A stretch of 27,234 nt of DNA. It comes from a virus. Lineage: Duplodnaviria; Caudoviricetes. Location of the stretch: positions 1 to 27,234 of the IMG/VR virus record IMGVR_UViG_3300021560_000911, one strand, 5' to 3'. This document shows positions 24,401 through 27,234 of the stretch, one piece after another; within the stretch, counting starts at the first letter, position 1, and each line of letters opens with the position of its first letter. The position numbers were made by a program, and so were the translations under genes. Under the pieces are notes generated by a model. That model saw only the letters and a program-made list of their open reading frames with translations. It had not been told where the DNA came from and made no database searches.

Positions 24401-27233
24401 GAGCCGTGGACCCCGCCGACGGTGGACTCCCCGCAGAAGAACCACCTGACACAGGACCGCCCGCCACTCCAGCCTGCTGCAGCAGTTCGGGGTGGCGTCG
24501 CAAGAGGAACTCCATCCACCTGGGTAGCTTCTGTTTGCCCGCCGTGGACGGCATCTGAGGGTTAGGCTGCGGCGGCTGCCAGCCCGCGGGGTTCTGCGGC
24601 GTGGGTTGCGGAGCCTGCGCCTGACCCACGCCGAAGCCCTTGGGCTGCCAGAAGTTGGACATGTGGCCCGCACCCTCTTGCCCCGTGCCGAGGGTGTGCA
24701 TCCAGTTGCGCAGCGCGTCGAGCTTGGCCTGCGCCTCGGGGTTGCCCTGACCGCTGGCGTCGACCTGCTTCTGCAGCCCCTCGATCTGCTGCATCTCGTC
24801 CATCTCGTCGGGGCTGAGGCCGTGCGGCTGGTCGTAGAACTCGCGGTGCAGCGGCACCGCGCCGCTCTGGCCCTGGTTGATGTCGGTCGGCTGCTGGACA
24901 GGCCCAGCCTGACCCGTCTGCGGATTGCCGTACTGCACGTCGGGCACGTCGAAGCCGCCCTGCACGCCGAAGGGCTTTTTGGCAGGGTCGCCCGACAGGT
25001 CGTGCTCGGGGCTGCCCAGCGTGGGTTGGCCGAGAAGCTTCTTCAGCGATTCTCTGACCCGCTCCGTCAGCAGGTCGATCTGCTGCATGACGTCGGAGCC
25101 CTGATCGGTCACGCCTGGCTGGCCGATGCTGCCTGGCCCTGTATTGATCGCTACACCGCCTGCCGCGCCTGGGCCTGGGCCCGTGTTGATCGCGGGGCCC
25201 ATCGGCATGCCGACGCCCGTGTTGATCGCGGGCTTGGGTGCCGCGTTCGCGCCTGGCCCCGTGTTGATGTTGAGTTGACCCACGTCGCCCGTGGACGGGT
25301 CGAACTCGTCGGCCTGGCCCGATCCCACACCGCCCAGCCAGCCTGGCCCTGCGGCACGACTGAACGGTGTGGGCCGCGTGACCCAGCCGCCTGGCGTGTT
25401 GATGCCCGCGCCCATGTTGCCCGCGCCGCCGTCGCCCGTGTCGTCGGTGAGCAGGTCGCCGCTGGTCAGGCCGTAGGGGTCGGGTGCAGGCCGCGTGACC
25501 ACACCCGAGGTGGTGGTCACCTTGGTGGGCGGCTGTAGCTGACCCGACAGTCGGGGGTCGCTGCCAGGCACGCCTGGGCTGTACGGGTCGCCTGCCTTGG
25601 GAACCAGCGTGCTGCCCTCGACGCCCGTGGTCGCCAGATCGCTGGTGAGCTTGCTGCCCGCGGTATCGCCCGCGCGGGGGTTGATGGTCGGCTGCGCGGG
25701 CGCGGCGGGGTCGGACGAGGTGCCGAAGTTCGAGGGTGTCGTGCCCGCGGGCATCGTCGTCTGCGTGCCGCCTGGCAGCGTGCTGCCCGTGCGCGCGTTG
25801 GTGATGTCGATGTTGCCAGGCGAGTTCAGGTTGGTCGGATCGCCACCGATACTCTTGAGCAGTTCGTCAGCGCCGCTGACCGCCTGCTGCACGCGCGGGT
25901 CCTGCGCGCCGCCGCTGACCGTACGCGTGTTGCCGCTGAAGTCGGTGACGTCCAGGCTGAGGCCTGGCGGGATGTACACCGACCTGCCGATGGACATCGG
26001 CTGCGGGTGGAGCAGGTTCTGAATGCTCTGCTCGACGTTGATGCGCGCCTGCGCCTGGGTGATCTTGCCCGTCTGCAGGTCCTGCTTGGTCTTCTCCAGA
26101 TTCAGCATCGCCTGGTTGTGGTTGTCGATGTTGTTGGTGTGCGTGTCTTTTTCCGCCGTGGTCTCGGGGATACCCGTGACCTTGACCTGCGTCGGGTCCT
26201 GATTGTTGGTGGCGACGACCTGACCGTCGCGGATCTGTGTGGACCACGTCGGGTCGTCCTTCCACACGCGCACGAACGCACCCTTGCCGCCCGCTGCGTT
26301 GGTCGCATCGGGGTCCCACTGGATGTAGCCCTGCGCGTCCTTGATCGGCGTGTAGGCCTTGTACTTGTCGGGCGGCTGCAGCAGCGTGTCTTCGTTGGTG
26401 TTGGGATTGAACAGGTGCAGCGAGCCGTCGTTGCCGTTGTACTGAAACGCGGAGCCCTTGTTGGGCGAGATAACCCCCGTGTCGACAAGCTGCCCCGTCT
26501 GTGGGTCGCGGTTGTAAACGTGGCCGTTGACGTCGGTGACCGACGTAAGCTGCGGCGCGGCGGACTGACGCGCCTTCTGCTGCGCGCCCTGCAGCGCCTG
26601 CACCGAAGTGTCGTGGTCGTCCTTCGCCTTCTGCGCCGCCTGCTGCGCGTCGACCAGATCCTGCTGCGCCTTCTGCTTGGCGGCGTCGGTCTGCGCCACG
26701 GTCAGTTCCTGACGCGCGGCGGCTTCCTTGGCGTTGGCGTCGTCCAGCGCCCTGCGCGAGTTGGCCTCCTCGGTCTGCGCCTTGGTGTACGCCACGTCGG
26801 CGGCCTGCGCTTCGGGCGTGGTGCTGGTCGCGGTGCTGGACAGCCAGTGGTAGTCGCGCGGGATCTGATCCTCGGGCTGGCCTGGGTACTGTGGCTTGCC
26901 AGGCACCCAGTAGCCGATCAACTGGTGCGTGGTGGGATCGAAGATCTGATGCGCATCGCTGGGCACGCTGGCGTTGCTAGACGAGGAGGCAGGCTGCGGG
27001 GTAGTCGGCTTGGTCAGTGTCGAGCCCGCGGGGTAGCCCGCGCCGCCCGTGTCTTCCGACGTCGAGGTCGAGCTCGAGGTGCTCGAGGCGGGCTGGCCCG
27101 ACGGATTGGAGTTGTCCCACTCGTCGCCCGCGCCCATGGACGAGTCCGCGCCCATGCCCATGCGCTGCGCCATGGGCGTACCCCCGCCACCCCACGTCGG
27201 CGCGGCGCGGTTGGTCGTCGCGCTCGGGCCCGT
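21444..27233 (-). CDS. Giant virion protein (>1909 aa, probably 5' partial) with M23 peptidase; putative polyprotein
   Basis: Frame stays open past ATG 27173 to the window end. M23 motifs HSGVD, GHL, VGSTGLSTGAHLH (~23920-24265). P/G/Q-rich low-complexity segments and Q-rich coiled coils (~22500-22900, ~26570-26800). Confidence 0.85.
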   Translation of the reverse strand, partial: TGPSATTNRAAPTWGGGGTPMAQRMGMGADSSMGAGDEWDNSNPSGQPASSTSSSTSTSEDTGGAGYPAGSTLTKPTTPQPASSSSNASVPSDAHQIFDPTTHQLIGYWVPGKPQYPGQPEDQIPRDYHWLSSTATSTTPEAQAADVAYTKAQTEEANSRRALDDANAKEAAARQELTVAQTDAAKQKAQQDLVDAQQAAQKAKDDHDTSVQALQGAQQKARQSAAPQLTSVTDVNGHVYNRDPQTGQLVDTGVISPNKGSAFQYNGNDGSLHLFNPNTNEDTLLQPPDKYKAYTPIKDAQGYIQWDPDATNAAGGKGAFVRVWKDDPTWSTQIRDGQVVATNNQDPTQVKVTGIPETTAEKDTHTNNIDNHNQAMLNLEKTKQDLQTGKITQAQARINVEQSIQNLLHPQPMSIGRSVYIPPGLSLDVTDFSGNTRTVSGGAQDPRVQQAVSGADELLKSIGGDPTNLNSPGNIDITNARTGSTLPGGTQTTMPAGTTPSNFGTSSDPAAPAQPTINPRAGDTAGSKLTSDLATTGVEGSTLVPKAGDPYSPGVPGSDPRLSGQLQPPTKVTTTSGVVTRPAPDPYGLTSGDLLTDDTGDGGAGNMGAGINTPGGWVTRPTPFSRAAGPGWLGGVGSGQADEFDPSTGDVGQLNINTGPGANAAPKPAINTGVGMPMGPAINTGPGPGAAGGVAINTGPGSIGQPGVTDQGSDVMQQIDLLTERVRESLKKLLGQPTLGSPEHDLSGDPAKKPFGVQGGFDVPDVQYGNPQTGQAGPVQQPTDINQGQSGAVPLHREFYDQPHGLSPDEMDEMQQIEGLQKQVDASGQGNPEAQAKLDALRNWMHTLGTGQEGAGHMSNFWQPKGFGVGQAQAPQPTPQNPAGWQPPQPNPQMPSTAGKQKLPRWMEFLLRRHPELLQQAGVAGGPVSGGSSAGSPPSAGSTAPQPPLGGGQDMPPQGVPGASNSQPGAPGPGGAPMQPPLPPGDVAGIGHRFGQQMDVGEPQHSGVDLQAPEGTPTQSPVDGVVEDVQNNPQGLGVTVVIRGKDGSQHKLGHLSKTKAYRGMQVARGQDLGSEVGSTGLSTGAHLHWGVKDQQGAPVDPTPALPPQQQNMPPVPGTEQMGPTGGTGAPPMGGGQDARVGWPPKAPRAKRRWGKPNPTRVGAGRDLPGFGPDEIKMRDPQLNIAELTSGGTKAIWGGEQQQNPAALPKLGDVKINPIGAFGSGQGAAAPTNYSSPDYQQGYQDGMQASSKPGTPPIFTPGLAQPIPGAADASGMAGGPQQMGGGTEAARKGNKRRDPPPVSDEEAQKNWEALPPGSRDWSWISGPKGGEFVGGGSYTLPGAGQDTSDSLWDKYQAREVQGAMGAGAGATTQAERQQQVLAAGYNGPLTDAAINQAYANAATPSDLAQSGISNTPQSAGPSSPSTSTSGGPSTTTKGALIIDPGTQKELANQAAQIAVQQQQETDHHNEVMAQMAQDLAIHKDDLAYQYAVQAETDRHNQATEQLTARQQNLQAQMDQLDNQTKLDIQNMANQSAQQIESMREASQVQIQQMQEGTQIYLQQGQQAFQDWQTRQQNEMSILSSALNNPWLQQLTGMTPPGGAGTPTGGANIAALVQQILQPYDVSAFSAANAPAAANLGGPAQGPNAPALPGEPTAGSVNLGAFSGGVNTGYAPGTFVSKANGEVGQVQNNGSIMAFSSGEQAAAAGVQPGNTNVTMISDQLFDSAVSTNPNAVMGTAGAAGTPTPGSTAGGTSGGTQALGPAVAPPGQAVPGASQGQVTAQPSAQSFLTSGQAAPNSAAGNPNGSGINIPDWSTWQSWSPWQKAAYRANIEALGPGVWAQVQQSLQNSFAAQGGAPDVTQLAAQSANPAEQIGQQMTAEAFGQTPSQWQTQQARQWSQAQAPQVRQNVTQSQSGAASAGATPESQYGV
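25135..25275 (-). repeat. Four (A/N)INTG peptide repeats inside the giant protein
   Basis: NINTGPG, AINTGVG, AINTGPG and AINTGPG at 11-14 aa spacing. Confidence 0.8.
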
Positions 27234-27234
27234 C

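Larger units (their letters stand above)
1..27234. mobile_element. Tailed dsDNA bacteriophage genome fragment (podovirus-like), with converging replication and virion arms
   Basis: Contiguous phage-type genes: PolA, exonuclease/Sak4/SSB, VRR-NUC, tail fibre with S74 chaperone, major capsid, scaffold and giant proteins with peptidoglycan-hydrolase domains. No host housekeeping genes, tail sheath or tail tube recognised. No integrase in the window, so prophage versus free phage is undetermined. Confidence 0.95.

Noticed and set aside
19734-27137. MGAG/MGGG motifs as internal translation starts
   Set aside because: Many copies begin with L, V, F, Y or P codons that are not start codons, and no consistent Shine-Dalgarno sequence was noticed before them. 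The conservation is at the peptide level.

Overview
GC-rich (about two-thirds G+C by eye) fragment of a tailed dsDNA phage genome with podovirus-like organisation and two converging arms. The plus strand (1-5969) is a replication/recombination arm. It encodes a 5'-truncated family A DNA polymerase fused to an N-terminal family-4 uracil-DNA glycosylase domain, a Cas4/AddB-like PD-(D/E)XK exonuclease, a Sak4-like ATPase, an SSB-like protein and a VRR-NUC nuclease, and carries two near-identical TTGACA/TGnTACAGT promoters. The minus strand (27234-5953) is a virion arm. It encodes two giant internal-virion proteins (>1909 aa and ~2220 aa), small basic proteins, a scaffold, a major capsid protein, tail adaptor and nozzle proteins, and a tail fibre with an S74 chaperone. 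The main novel signal is a recurring hydrophobic-G-x-G-(Q/T/D) motif, with about 17 copies across the two giant proteins. It brackets discrete modules (M23 peptidase; GH73 + NlpC/P60; a HiPIP-like 4-Cys domain; short basic peptides), which suggests proteolytically processed polyproteins. Other observations are a 12-aa protamine-like micro-ORF, structured intergenic RNAs, strong CCGG avoidance and a polymerase with a divergent motif B. All family assignments come from motif recognition by eye; no searches were run.
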